Positions 1-9,075 of a stretch of 53,788 bases of DNA are shown here, piece by piece. Each line of letters opens with the position of its first letter. Position 1 is the first letter of the stretch. The stretch is from Candidatus Levybacteria bacterium RIFCSPHIGHO2_01_FULL_40_16 (GTDB lineage: Bacteria; Patescibacteriota; Microgenomatia; Levybacterales; UBA12049), in NCBI GenBank assembly GCA_001783805.1, contig MFNS01000002.1, forward strand, positions 1 to 53,788. Direction: 5' to 3'. A program made the position numbers and the translations under genes. The notes beneath the pieces are model-generated. The model did not search any database, had not been told where the DNA came from, and worked only from the letters and a program-made list of their open reading frames with translations.

Positions 1-92
<92 letters not shown>

Positions 93-244
93 AATTGATA
101 CTGTCAAAATTGACGTTGACAAATATCAAACCCCGCCCAGGGCGGGGATTTCCTACCACTTCTTGATCGAGGAACAAAGTTCATAGGAACATGCTCCTTC
201 AAAATAGAAGAATCCTGATTCTGATTTGCTGCTATGACTTGATT

Positions 245-256
245 TGTTAAAGAGCA
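245..256 (-). promoter_or_regulatory. boxA rRNA antitermination site
   Basis: Minus strand TGCTCTTTAACA, identical to the E. coli rrn boxA consensus, in the 16S leader. Confidence 0.85.
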
Positions 257-367
257 AAAGATAATCCGCCTCGTCTTACCGTTCGCCTTTTTCGTACTAT
301 TCGTACACGGCTCACGGGGCGACGTTAGGCGGATGATGCGCTATTTTTATATTTTCAATTGTGCATC

Positions 368-389
368 AAAAAACCCACCAAAGGTGGGT
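368..389 (-). terminator. Terminator-like hairpin with U-tract inside the rRNA leader
   Basis: Minus strand ACCCACC-TTT-GGTGGGT followed by TTTTT. Confidence 0.45.
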
Positions 390-435
390 CGAGTTTCTCC
401 CAGACTTTGATAGAATCTTTTACATACCAACAATC

Positions 436-463
436 ATTATAGCTATTTTTAAACAATTGTCAA
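436..463 (-). promoter_or_regulatory. sigma70 promoter of the rRNA operon
   Basis: Minus strand TTGACA-16 bp-TATAAT; perfect hexamers with the 16-bp spacer typical of rrn P1. Confidence 0.85.
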
Positions 464-474
464 TGTGTATTTTC

Positions 475-873
475 CTAGTTGGCCTGAAAGAAAGTACCGG
501 GAATCTTTAATAGGTAATTAATGCCATTCATTAAAAAATTAGATATAGTTTCCAGAGGTGACTCGGTGTGTTCCGGAATTGGAATTGGCGTAGCTGCGAC
601 CTGAGCCGTAGAAGAAGACGGATTAATAAATTGTTCTTGAAATTCCCGCAGCTGCGCAATTGTCTCTAGTCTTTGCGATTCCGACTCTCCATAGGAATTA
701 AAGATTTGGTAATTGGCTACAATAAGAGGCGTTGCAATAACAATTAAAAAATAGCTGATAATAAATAATTTAGTAAATTTATCCAGGAACATGAATTCTT
801 CCCAAAGATACTTAAGCGGATTTTCTCTTTCTAATTCCGGCTGATTAGGATGAAAGGAAAGTATTTTGGCCAC
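475..873 (-). CDS. Hypothetical single-pass membrane protein
   Basis: 132-aa ORF with one hydrophobic helix (FTKLFIISYFLIVIATPLIV), co-oriented with neighbours. The start could be internal (MFLDK). Confidence 0.55.
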   Translation of the reverse strand: MAKILSFHPNQPELERENPLKYLWEEFMFLDKFTKLFIISYFLIVIATPLIVANYQIFNSYGESESQRLETIAQLREFQEQFINPSSSTAQVAATPIPIPEHTESPLETISNFLMNGINYLLKIPGTFFQAN

Positions 874-904
874 GCATTAATACTAAAGAAAAAGAAATTT
901 CATG

Positions 905-1444
905 TCAAGGGAAAGCCCTTTTCATTACTTCAAAAATTATAATTCCCAAACTTACCACAACATTTAAACTTTTATTTACTCCCCACATGGGGATTTCGAC
1001 GATTTGGTCGCACATCTGCAAAGCAGATTTCGAAACACCATTGGTCTCATGACCTACCACAAGAGCTATGGGAAAATCATAATTTACTTTGTCATAAGGG
1101 ATACTTCGTTTGTCTTGTTCAACGGCTATCACCTTCAGATTTGAGATTTGAGATTTGAGATTTGAGATTGCAGTTTTTGCGTCAGCAAAATACTGCCATT
1201 CTACCCACTCGGTTGTATTGATCGAGGCTTTTTTTATCCGCGTGTGCGGTGGTGTTTCCGTTTCTCCGCAAAGAATTACTTTTTCTGCGGCCACTGCATC
1301 GGCCAAACGGAAAATAGATCCGATATTGTAAGTATCCATTACATTATCCAAAATTATATAAATCGGATTTTTCTTAATCTTTTTTTTCTCTTCCTCTGAA
1401 GATTTCGTAGTTCTTAATTCCGCCGCTCCCAATTTAATCATCAT
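905..1444 (-). CDS. SpoU/TrmH-family (SPOUT) RNA methyltransferase
   Basis: Motifs ILDNVMDTYNIGSIFRLADA, LVVGHETNGVS and EIPMWGVNKSLNV. Confidence 0.92.
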   Translation of the reverse strand: MMIKLGAAELRTTKSSEEEKKKIKKNPIYIILDNVMDTYNIGSIFRLADAVAAEKVILCGETETPPHTRIKKASINTTEWVEWQYFADAKTAISNLKSQISNLKVIAVEQDKRSIPYDKVNYDFPIALVVGHETNGVSKSALQMCDQIVEIPMWGVNKSLNVVVSLGIIIFEVMKRAFP

Positions 1445-1483
1445 TATATTTTACTATTTAACAAGTACTTTTACAAAAGAGGA

Positions 1484-2176
1484 TTATTTTTGCTGTTTTT
1501 CGGGGTACAAAGGAGCAGCTATTTTATAAACTTCTTTATATAAATCCCGCGCCAATTGAGCTCCACCAAGAACGTATTCCCTACACAGGGGACCATAAAG
1601 ACCCGAATCTAAGTCCGCCTGCGTTTCTTCAGCTCCAAAATCCATAAGCAGAAATCCTGAAGGATCCTTAATTAAAATGTTAGAATAATTGCGAGCACGC
1701 GTTTTTGACCAGATGTAGGCGCCTGCTTTCTCGGAAAGTGCATAGTCAGAATTTTCCTGACTTGACAGAGATTGTAATCTGTTAGACTCACCAACTTCAG
1801 ACAATTCATTATCGCCCACCAAGATTATCGCTGTTGCACGTTCTATGCCTTCGAGGAAATCATATCTGAATCTAACTCCAGCCATATCCTTATCGTTGAG
1901 AGCTTCTTTTATCAAATCCATAAAATATCCGTTCATCTCTACATAAATAAATTTGCTGCAAAGCGCTGGCCGCGAAAAATTAATATTATGTTTTTCGATA
2001 GTTGATTTAAATTCAGACAATCGCTCTATAGCTTCATTAAATTCTTCAGGAGCAAAATGCATCTTTGGGATAATATTTTTTACAAAATAGGAGCGTTCTT
2101 CTGTCGAAGGTGGCCCTAGACTTATTCGAATTGCCTTTAAATCAGCTCTTTCTTTCTCCAGATTTCTTTCTACCAT
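1484..2176 (-). CDS. Hypothetical protein
   Basis: 230-aa ORF filling the gap between recognised genes; no motif recognised. Confidence 0.6.
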   Translation of the reverse strand: MVERNLEKERADLKAIRISLGPPSTEERSYFVKNIIPKMHFAPEEFNEAIERLSEFKSTIEKHNINFSRPALCSKFIYVEMNGYFMDLIKEALNDKDMAGVRFRYDFLEGIERATAIILVGDNELSEVGESNRLQSLSSQENSDYALSEKAGAYIWSKTRARNYSNILIKDPSGFLLMDFGAEETQADLDSGLYGPLCREYVLGGAQLARDLYKEVYKIAAPLYPEKQQK

Positions 2177-2275
2177 AAAGCGGCTACCATTTTAACATAA
2201 TGCTACCAAGCAATCAAACATTATAGGTTTGCGGAGAGAAAAATCTTCACGTCGCTGACACATTTCTTGTCTTAT

Positions 2276-3115
2276 TTATTTCTTGGTGGATTTGGCTGGG
2301 GTTGGAGTTGGCACCACTCTTTGCAGGCTAACTGAAGCTTTTTGGAATTCACCAACTACACTTTTTACATCAATTGCATGCTGTAGGGCTGTTTGTCTGG
2401 CCGGCTGATTTTTGACAGCTGCCTCACTTGCCAATCTTGTCAAAACTTCGATTGCCCGGTTAATTCCTTTCGCGGAATTTGTGGCATTATTTAGATTGTC
2501 CGAAATTTCCTGATTTAAATCATCTATTATCTCATTCATTAAGAGATCTTCCGGCAAATTTTCTTCAGCTTTAACCTTGGCAAGCTTAAGAGCTTCTTTT
2601 GCCGCGACAACTTGCGCTTTTATTTCCCCATTAGCCTCATTCTCCAAACCGGATAGAACTTTCTGTTTTTCTTTGATTGAGTCATTTATTTCTTTTGCCA
2701 GCAAACTTATACTGCGTCCGGTTAGCTTGGCATTAACTAAATCTTCCGAAGCTCCTTTAAGATTATCCGACACCCCTTGGAGCGCAGTTCTAATTCCGGG
2801 AACATTATTCTTGGCCAACATCAATTGTAATTCTGCCAATCTTTCTCCGGCAACGCCGTTATGTATTTTGGCTTTCTGCTCGGGAGTAAATGCCAGAAGT
2901 AAACGAAATCCTTGTTTTATCCTGTCCAGAAAAAATAAAGGACTATCCGGAAGAATAAGTCCCGGTCCGTCAGAGGTCGGAGGAATTGACAATGTTGCTG
3001 CGCTGGCTACTCCCAAAACATCCTCCTGATGATTTGCCGATACGGAATTTGAAGAAAGAACAACAACTGCAGATGTCAGACTAACACTCAGTAAAAAAAT
3101 GAGAAACTTCCTCAC
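2276..3115 (-). CDS. Exported helical protein, DUF5667-like
   Basis: Signal-like N-terminus from a GTG at 3115 (VRKFLIFLLSV) and motif GLILPDSPLFFLDRIKQ...AGERLAE. The ORF-track start at 3211 overlaps topA and is probably too long. Confidence 0.65.
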   Translation of the reverse strand: MRKFLIFLLSVSLTSAVVVLSSNSVSANHQEDVLGVASAATLSIPPTSDGPGLILPDSPLFFLDRIKQGFRLLLAFTPEQKAKIHNGVAGERLAELQLMLAKNNVPGIRTALQGVSDNLKGASEDLVNAKLTGRSISLLAKEINDSIKEKQKVLSGLENEANGEIKAQVVAAKEALKLAKVKAEENLPEDLLMNEIIDDLNQEISDNLNNATNSAKGINRAIEVLTRLASEAAVKNQPARQTALQHAIDVKSVVGEFQKASVSLQRVVPTPTPAKSTKK

Positions 3116-3182
3116 AATATTTATACTGATATCTTTTTGCACATTTGTCAATACCCTAATTATTACGAGCGTTGAAGAAAAC

Positions 3183-5234
3183 TCAGGATGACAACGGAGA
3201 TTTGCCGACATCTTCTAATTTCCAAGCCGCAAATGTGCAGGCGGGGTAATTGGAACAGCCATAGAACTTGCGGCCTTTTTTGGTTTTTTTTATCACAATT
3301 TCCCCACCGTCTTTCGGACATTTCAAGCCTGTTTGCTCAACATAAGCTTTGGTAAATTTGCAATCGGGAAATCTAGAACAAGCAAAGAATTTGCCAAATT
3401 TTCCCGTTCTGATTATTAAATTTCCTTCACTACATTTAGGACATTTTTCGCCCGTTTCCTCAACTGCAATTTTTACTCTTTCCGCTCCTTCGACTTCGGT
3501 TAATTTTTTCTCAAACGGCGTGTAGAAATTACGCAAAACAAGTTCCCATTTTTTTTCTCCGATAGCAATATTATCAAGTTCATCTTCCATTGATGCGGTA
3601 AACGGAATATCGTCAATATATGAAAAATTTGTAACCAGGAAATCGCTGACGGCAATTCCGATTGCGGTCGGAGAAAATTTACCTTCTTGCCGTTCAATAT
3701 AGTTGCGGGCTTCAATGGTAGAGATAATCGTTGCGTAAGTTGAAGGCCTGCCAATTCCCTTTTCCTCTAATGTCTTGATAATCGATGCGTCATTGTATCT
3801 GGGCGGGGGCAAAGTTTCATGTTCTTTTTCCAAAACGTCGACAAGATCAAGCTTTTCACCGTTATTAAATTTGGGTAATTTATTATCAGACATTCCCAGC
3901 GGATTTACTTTCAAAAACCCGTCAAAAACAAGCACTGATCCGTTAGCTTTTAATTTATAAGAGCCTGCATCCACAAAAACCGTGGTTGACTCGACTACCG
4001 CGTCCGACATCTGCGATGCAACTGCCCGTCTCCAAATCAATTCGTATAATTTCCACCCCTGACTCCCAACTAAATTTGAAATTTGAAATTTGAAATTTGA
4101 AATTTCGCCGAAGGCAGTTGGTCTGATTGCTTCATGTGCTTCTTGGGCTAATTTTTGTTTGGCAGAATAAATTCTCGGTTGTAATGGCACATATTTGTCT
4201 CCATATTCTTTTTTAACGAAATTGATAATTGCAAACATCGCCGCCTGACCTATCGTTACGGAATCTGTTCTGTGATAAGTAATGTATCCTTCCTCATATA
4301 ATTTTTGCGCCAAACTCATGGTTCTTTTTCCATTGATATATAATTTATGCGCCGCATCCTGCTGAAGAGTTGAGGTTGTATATGGCGCTTGCGGGCTTCT
4401 GGTAGTGGCTTTCTGCAAAATATCTGCCACTGTAAATGTTTTCGTTTTTAAATCACCAACAATTCCTAAAGCTTTTTCTCCGGAGCCAATTGAAGTTTTA
4501 GTAACCTTATACTGCCCATCATACAGATCAAAAGTCTTCGCCACCTCAATCTTTTGGCCATCAATTTCTACCAGCTCGAATAATGTTTCCTCAGGTTTTG
4601 AGTTTTGAGTTTTGAGTTTTGAGTTCACCAGCGCCGCAGCGATGGTGTAGTATTTTTCTTTTCCAAACTTCTCAATTTCCCTTTCTCTTTCTACTATCAA
4701 ACGCAGGGCGACTGATTGAACGCGCCCCGCAGACAATCCCCTACGGACTTTTTTCCACAAAAGTGGAGAAAGTTTATAACCAACCAGCCTGTCTAAAACC
4801 CGGCGCGCGGTCTGCGCGTCAACCAAATTTTTATCTATGGTTCTGGGATTTTTTAGCGCCTCTTCAATTGCTTCTTTCGTTATTTCATGAAATACTATCC
4901 TATTGAATTTTTCATTTTTAACTTTTAATTTTTCATTTGAGCGGAGCATATCGGAGATATGCGAGGCGATCGCTTCTCCCTCCCTATCTGGGTCAGTAGC
5001 CAGAATAATTTGATCCGCTTTTTTTGCTTCAGTCTTAAGTTCGGCAATAATTTCCTCTTTATCCGCGACCATCTCGTATAAAGGCTTGAAGTTGTGCTCG
5101 AAATCTATGCCGATTTTGCTTTTAGGCAAATCCATAACGTGCCCCATTGAGGCTTTAATAACATAATCGCTGCCCAAAAACTTTCCAATTGTCCTAGCCT
5201 TTGTAGGACTTTCTACGATAACCAAACTTTTCAT
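3183..5234 (-). CDS. topA: DNA topoisomerase I (type IA) with C-terminal C4 zinc ribbons
   Basis: LVIVESPTKA, ATDPDREGEAI, SAGRVQS, GYITYHRTDS, AHEAIRPT and C-terminal CPKC/CSRFPDC repeats. Confidence 0.98.
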   Translation of the reverse strand: MKSLVIVESPTKARTIGKFLGSDYVIKASMGHVMDLPKSKIGIDFEHNFKPLYEMVADKEEIIAELKTEAKKADQIILATDPDREGEAIASHISDMLRSNEKLKVKNEKFNRIVFHEITKEAIEEALKNPRTIDKNLVDAQTARRVLDRLVGYKLSPLLWKKVRRGLSAGRVQSVALRLIVEREREIEKFGKEKYYTIAAALVNSKLKTQNSKPEETLFELVEIDGQKIEVAKTFDLYDGQYKVTKTSIGSGEKALGIVGDLKTKTFTVADILQKATTRSPQAPYTTSTLQQDAAHKLYINGKRTMSLAQKLYEEGYITYHRTDSVTIGQAAMFAIINFVKKEYGDKYVPLQPRIYSAKQKLAQEAHEAIRPTAFGEISNFKFQISNLVGSQGWKLYELIWRRAVASQMSDAVVESTTVFVDAGSYKLKANGSVLVFDGFLKVNPLGMSDNKLPKFNNGEKLDLVDVLEKEHETLPPPRYNDASIIKTLEEKGIGRPSTYATIISTIEARNYIERQEGKFSPTAIGIAVSDFLVTNFSYIDDIPFTASMEDELDNIAIGEKKWELVLRNFYTPFEKKLTEVEGAERVKIAVEETGEKCPKCSEGNLIIRTGKFGKFFACSRFPDCKFTKAYVEQTGLKCPKDGGEIVIKKTKKGRKFYGCSNYPACTFAAWKLEDVGKSPLSS

Positions 5235-5386
5235 AACAATTTAACAATACAACAATTTAACAATTGTTCATTTATTGTGAAGAGATTATACACGACCTGT
5301 CAAGCCCCTAAAATAAAATTCCCATGATCTTGACATGTGCCGTTATTACGTATAATAATAAGTTATAACGTCAACAGAAAACATTT

Positions 5387-5548
5387 ATGGTTAGAAAATT
5401 AATTAGAATTGGAAATTCGGTGGGAGTAACTTTGGACAAGAAAATGCTGCGCTCTATTGGCTTGGACGGAATAAGTTGGATGTGGATTGAACCAGATAAG
5501 AAGAGAAAATCAATTATTATCCGCAAGCGCGACCAAAACGAATGGTAA
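5387..5548 (+). CDS. AbrB/MazE/SpoVT-type small DNA-binding protein (53 aa; absent from the ORF track)
   Basis: My translation is MVRKLIRIGNSVGVTLDKKMLRSIGLDGISWMWIEPDKKRKSIIIRKRDQNEW; IGNSVGVTL is the swapped-hairpin signature. Upstream are TTGACA (5330) and TATAAT (5351), and an inverted repeat CGTTAT/ATAACG (5341-5370). Confidence 0.75.
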   Translation: MVRKLIRIGNSVGVTLDKKMLRSIGLDGISWMWIEPDKKRKSIIIRKRDQNEW

Positions 5549-5602
5549 GGAATCTACCCCAATTCACTTTTTTCTGATATAATCCCCTTTAATATTTAAG
5601 AT

Positions 5603-6505
5603 ATGGGAATAATCGAAGTCGGAATCAGCCTTAAGTTTGCCCCAAAAACAAATCCTGAGCAAACCGTCGGACAAATAGTTGATTATTACAATCGGATGGA
5701 GCCTAGCTTCCTTAATGTTTGGCAAGGCGCCTGTCATTTCGGATATACGGAAAAAGGAGAACGTTTTGAATTAAAGTCTGCTTTAAAAACTATGGAAATG
5801 AGGCTTGGACAAGAGCTCAATTTACATCTAAATTCGACAGTTCTCGACGCCGGTTGTGGTTATGCACGAGTTGCCACAACTATGGCTCAGCAGTTTGGCC
5901 TTAATGTTTTAGCGTTAGATCTCATACAAAAACGTCTGGACGAAGCCAAGCGCTATGCCCGAGAACAAGGTGTTGAGGAAAAAGTCAGCTTAATTCGAGG
6001 CAATTACTGCAATATGAAAAAACAAATTGCTGATTTTTCTATTGATGGAGTCTATACTATGGAAACTTTAGTGCACGCCGACCCCCTTGAGACGGCATTA
6101 AGTGAGTTCCGGCGCGTGCTTAAACCCGGTGGGAAATTAGTTCTTTTCGAATATTCAGTACCCTCATACGAGAAATTGGACCCAATACGCCGGACAATAA
6201 CAGATGCTATGGTCCGAAAAACCGGCATGCCCAGTATTAAATTTTTTGCCCACGGCGCTTTCCCGAAAATCTTGGAAGCTGCTGGTTTTGAAAATATTGC
6301 AATGAAAGATATCAGTCATAACGTCTGGCCAACTTGGCGATGGGCTTTTTGGAGAAATCTTCGAGAGAACAACCTGATGCTTTTGCCAAAAATTCTTAGT
6401 GGAAAAATTATGAAAAATACCAACTTGATGGCCGCACTGATGATTTATCCATACCGACACCAACTTAAATACAATATCATTACCGCCACTAAACCCAAAG
6501 ACTAA
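5603..6505 (+). CDS. Class I SAM methyltransferase of the sterol/tocopherol C-methyltransferase-like group
   Basis: YY...W..xHFGY N-terminal motif, VLDAGCG, DGVYTMETLVH and RVLKPGGKLVLFEY. Confidence 0.85.
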   Translation: MGIIEVGISLKFAPKTNPEQTVGQIVDYYNRMEPSFLNVWQGACHFGYTEKGERFELKSALKTMEMRLGQELNLHLNSTVLDAGCGYARVATTMAQQFGLNVLALDLIQKRLDEAKRYAREQGVEEKVSLIRGNYCNMKKQIADFSIDGVYTMETLVHADPLETALSEFRRVLKPGGKLVLFEYSVPSYEKLDPIRRTITDAMVRKTGMPSIKFFAHGAFPKILEAAGFENIAMKDISHNVWPTWRWAFWRNLRENNLMLLPKILSGKIMKNTNLMAALMIYPYRHQLKYNIITATKPKD

Positions 6506-6610
6506 ATTTATAAAACTAAGAATTTTTTACTCATCCCTAATTCCCCAAGCGCAAACAAGATGATACAACGCGTGTCAAGAGGCGGATCGCATGATATCAA
6601 AATTCCGGGT

Positions 6611-6835
6611 TCATTTTCGGGATTCCAAAAGATGTTTAATCCCTTCTGAAAGTTTATCTAGTAGTCCATCTTGTTCTAAACCGTTTTCCGTTAGTTCGCC
6701 TGTTTGATTATGTACCTGAACATCTTGAGAATTATCGCACGATTCTATCTTTATAAAAGATGCAATTAAAGCACCTGTTAGAAAATATGGTATAATTTTG
6801 TTTCTGAAAAAATTTCCAACTTCTTTCCCATTCAT
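6611..6835 (-). CDS. Small hypothetical membrane protein
   Basis: 74 aa with a hydrophobic N-terminal segment; TATAAT lies 8 nt upstream of the ATG. Confidence 0.5.
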   Translation of the reverse strand: MNGKEVGNFFRNKIIPYFLTGALIASFIKIESCDNSQDVQVHNQTGELTENGLEQDGLLDKLSEGIKHLLESRK

Positions 6836-6905
6836 AAGATTAAATTATACAATACCTGTCAAGACTACTGGAACTATGAGCCTATTTGTTATATAATGCG
6901 ACCTT

Positions 6906-7724
6906 ATGAGCAAGGAAAGCTTAACGCCATACGAAGCACAAATAAAAAGAATTTCTTTTATAGAAAAAGCCATCGGAGAGGGAGGGCTTGAAAAAATCCC
7001 CATAAGCGAGAGGGATCAAAACCTTGCGCTCGTTTATAATCTAAACGAGGAGCTAACAGCAGAAAAGGTAGGGAAAATTTTCCTAAATTCCTTTAGCAGA
7101 CATTCATTCAGAGAACGCGTAAATCAAATAAATAAAAGGTTTTTAGCAACGATGTGGAATAAAGCTAGTATCCAATTGCAAACAGAGCACCCCCTATCCG
7201 AACTTTTTATGAAAAGACCATATGCGTTAAATCCAGTAAATGTGCGGATAAGGGAACTTATCTTAAAAGGAGCTAGTCCAAAGGACATTGAGAGGGCAGA
7301 GGGTAAAGCTGCATTGGCAAATGCGCGAAAGACTCTTGATAAACGCGGCATTGAAATACCCCTAATGCCATCCAGCTATACTGATTTTATGGCTAAAGCT
7401 GAAAAAGAAACCGATGACGCAAAGCTTCAGGAACTTCTTGAAGCAAATAATCTACCAGTTATTATTAAACTACAGACTAGAAAAAAAAGTAAGGAGGTTT
7501 TAATAAGTTTATCTAACGTTTTGCGTGAGGGAGAATTTCATTACCATCTTAAGTTAAGATTTTTCCTGGGAAAAATAAGAGCAGCCGGAATTCCGGGCAT
7601 ACCAGTAAATACTGCAACTGACAAATCTAAATATCCTCAAATATATTGGATTGTGTATCGTAAACATAAGCAAAGAATTATTAACACTCTGGAAAACGAT
7701 CCCGATCTCCAAAGATTCAGATAG
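6906..7724 (+). CDS. Hypothetical protein with an N-terminal sigma70 region-4-like HTH
   Basis: ISERDQNLALVY...LTAEKVGKIF...RERVNQI resembles the sigma region 4.2 pattern (LxxRE...TLEEVGxxF...RERVRQI). Confidence 0.55.
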   Translation: MSKESLTPYEAQIKRISFIEKAIGEGGLEKIPISERDQNLALVYNLNEELTAEKVGKIFLNSFSRHSFRERVNQINKRFLATMWNKASIQLQTEHPLSELFMKRPYALNPVNVRIRELILKGASPKDIERAEGKAALANARKTLDKRGIEIPLMPSSYTDFMAKAEKETDDAKLQELLEANNLPVIIKLQTRKKSKEVLISLSNVLREGEFHYHLKLRFFLGKIRAAGIPGIPVNTATDKSKYPQIYWIVYRKHKQRIINTLENDPDLQRFR

Positions 7725-8759
7725 CTAGATACCATACATTCCCCCATCAATACTCTTGACCATCCCTTTTATTTCCATGAGAGAAAGAAGGCTGCTAAGT
7801 TGGGAGGATTTATATTTAGTTTTTCTAATTATTTCATCAAAATGCAACGCCTCATTTTCCAAAAGCTTTAAGATTATTAACTCATCTTTGGTTGCATTCT
7901 GAACTTTTGAATTTTGCTTGCCCGCTAGAGCCTTAGCGAAGGCGGGAGTTTTGAGTTCCTTAAAAATATCTTCAGCCGATGTCACTAATTTCGCTCCTTT
8001 CGAAATTAATTTATATGGACCTTTAGACATACTTGAAGTAATCGGTCCGGGTACTGCAAAAACCTTTCGATCAAATCTCAGGGCAAACTTTGCGGTAATT
8101 AAGGATCCGCTGTCTTCTGCACCTTCTGTTACCAATACCGCCTGGGATAAGCCGGCGATAATCCGGTTGCGAGCAGGAAATGTCCATTGAGTTGGCTTCA
8201 TTCCCAAGGGAAATTCCGAAACAATACAATTCCCTTTTTCAAGGATACTATTATACAAATTGAAATTCTCCATTGGAGAACAACAATCGACTCCGCACCC
8301 CAGAACAGCGATCGTTTTCCCTCCATTTTCCAAAGCAGTCAGGTGCGAAATCGCGTCAACTCCAAGAGCCAGACCCGAAACAATCGTAAATCCGTTCAAA
8401 ACCAATTCCGTAGTCAAAAGTTTCGTAACTTCCCTGCCATATTGCGTAGTTTTCCTCGCGCCCACAACAGCGATTGTTTTTGCAAACCAGGTATCGTCTG
8501 GTACCTGGCCGCGGCCATACAGAACAAACGGCGGATTTTTTATTTCTTTTAAAATTTGCGGGTAATCTTCATCCAACAAGGTAACGAACCAAACATCTTT
8601 TTCCTTAAGCTGTTTTAAATATTCTTCAATTGAGAAGTCTGACTTCTTAGCCCCCCAAGCAGCTTTTGCGGTTCCAAATTCCTTCAAAATCTTCCTAAAT
8701 TTCGCCGGCCCTATTCCGGGCAGTGCAGAAAATCCCAACCAATAATCCCGCTCGCTCAT
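7725..8759 (-). CDS. dprA: DNA-processing protein DprA (Smf)
   Basis: IAVVGARK, IVSGLALGVDA, FPARNRIIAGLS, EGAEDSGSLITA and a C-terminal winged helix. Confidence 0.97.
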   Translation of the reverse strand: MSERDYWLGFSALPGIGPAKFRKILKEFGTAKAAWGAKKSDFSIEEYLKQLKEKDVWFVTLLDEDYPQILKEIKNPPFVLYGRGQVPDDTWFAKTIAVVGARKTTQYGREVTKLLTTELVLNGFTIVSGLALGVDAISHLTALENGGKTIAVLGCGVDCCSPMENFNLYNSILEKGNCIVSEFPLGMKPTQWTFPARNRIIAGLSQAVLVTEGAEDSGSLITAKFALRFDRKVFAVPGPITSSMSKGPYKLISKGAKLVTSAEDIFKELKTPAFAKALAGKQNSKVQNATKDELIILKLLENEALHFDEIIRKTKYKSSQLSSLLSLMEIKGMVKSIDGGMYGI

Positions 8760-8828
8760 AAATCTAGCTTATCACATTGATTAAGAGTTAATCTTGACTC
8801 ATAAAATCCATAATTATATAATTCCATA

Positions 8829-9035
8829 GTGTCTAGAGAAGCCGTCAGAAGAACAAAAGGATCAGATTTAAAAGTCAAAGAAAACGTTACCAAACCCAGA
8901 GCAAAAGTACAACTCATTGATAAATTATTAGGTGGCGCATTAGGTGGCGTAATATTTTTTTTGGAAACAAAACATAGGATAGATCAACGTTTACGGAAAA
9001 AATCAAAAAAACAGACCATAGATGAAAAAAAGTAA
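8829..9035 (+). CDS. Small hypothetical protein
   Basis: 68-aa ORF preceded by TTGACT-17 bp-TATAAT; contains a short hydrophobic GGALGGVIFF segment. Confidence 0.45.
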   Translation: MSREAVRRTKGSDLKVKENVTKPRAKVQLIDKLLGGALGGVIFFLETKHRIDQRLRKKSKKQTIDEKK

Positions 9036-9041
9036 CACAGC

Positions 9042-9059
9042 CTCGACCCCGGGGTCGAG
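9042..9059. repeat. Perfect 18-bp palindrome between convergent genes (REP-like or bidirectional terminator)
   Basis: CTCGACCCC-GGGGTCGAG. Confidence 0.7.
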
Positions 9060-9075
9060 CGTGCGAGGCATGACA

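Noticed and set aside
2577-3029. 150-aa plus-strand ORF, and similar antisense ORFs such as 7918-8565, 8984-9259, 10037-10711, 11877-12239, 13222-13851 and 22762-23458
   Set aside because: They lie opposite well-supported genes or across tRNAs and have no motifs.
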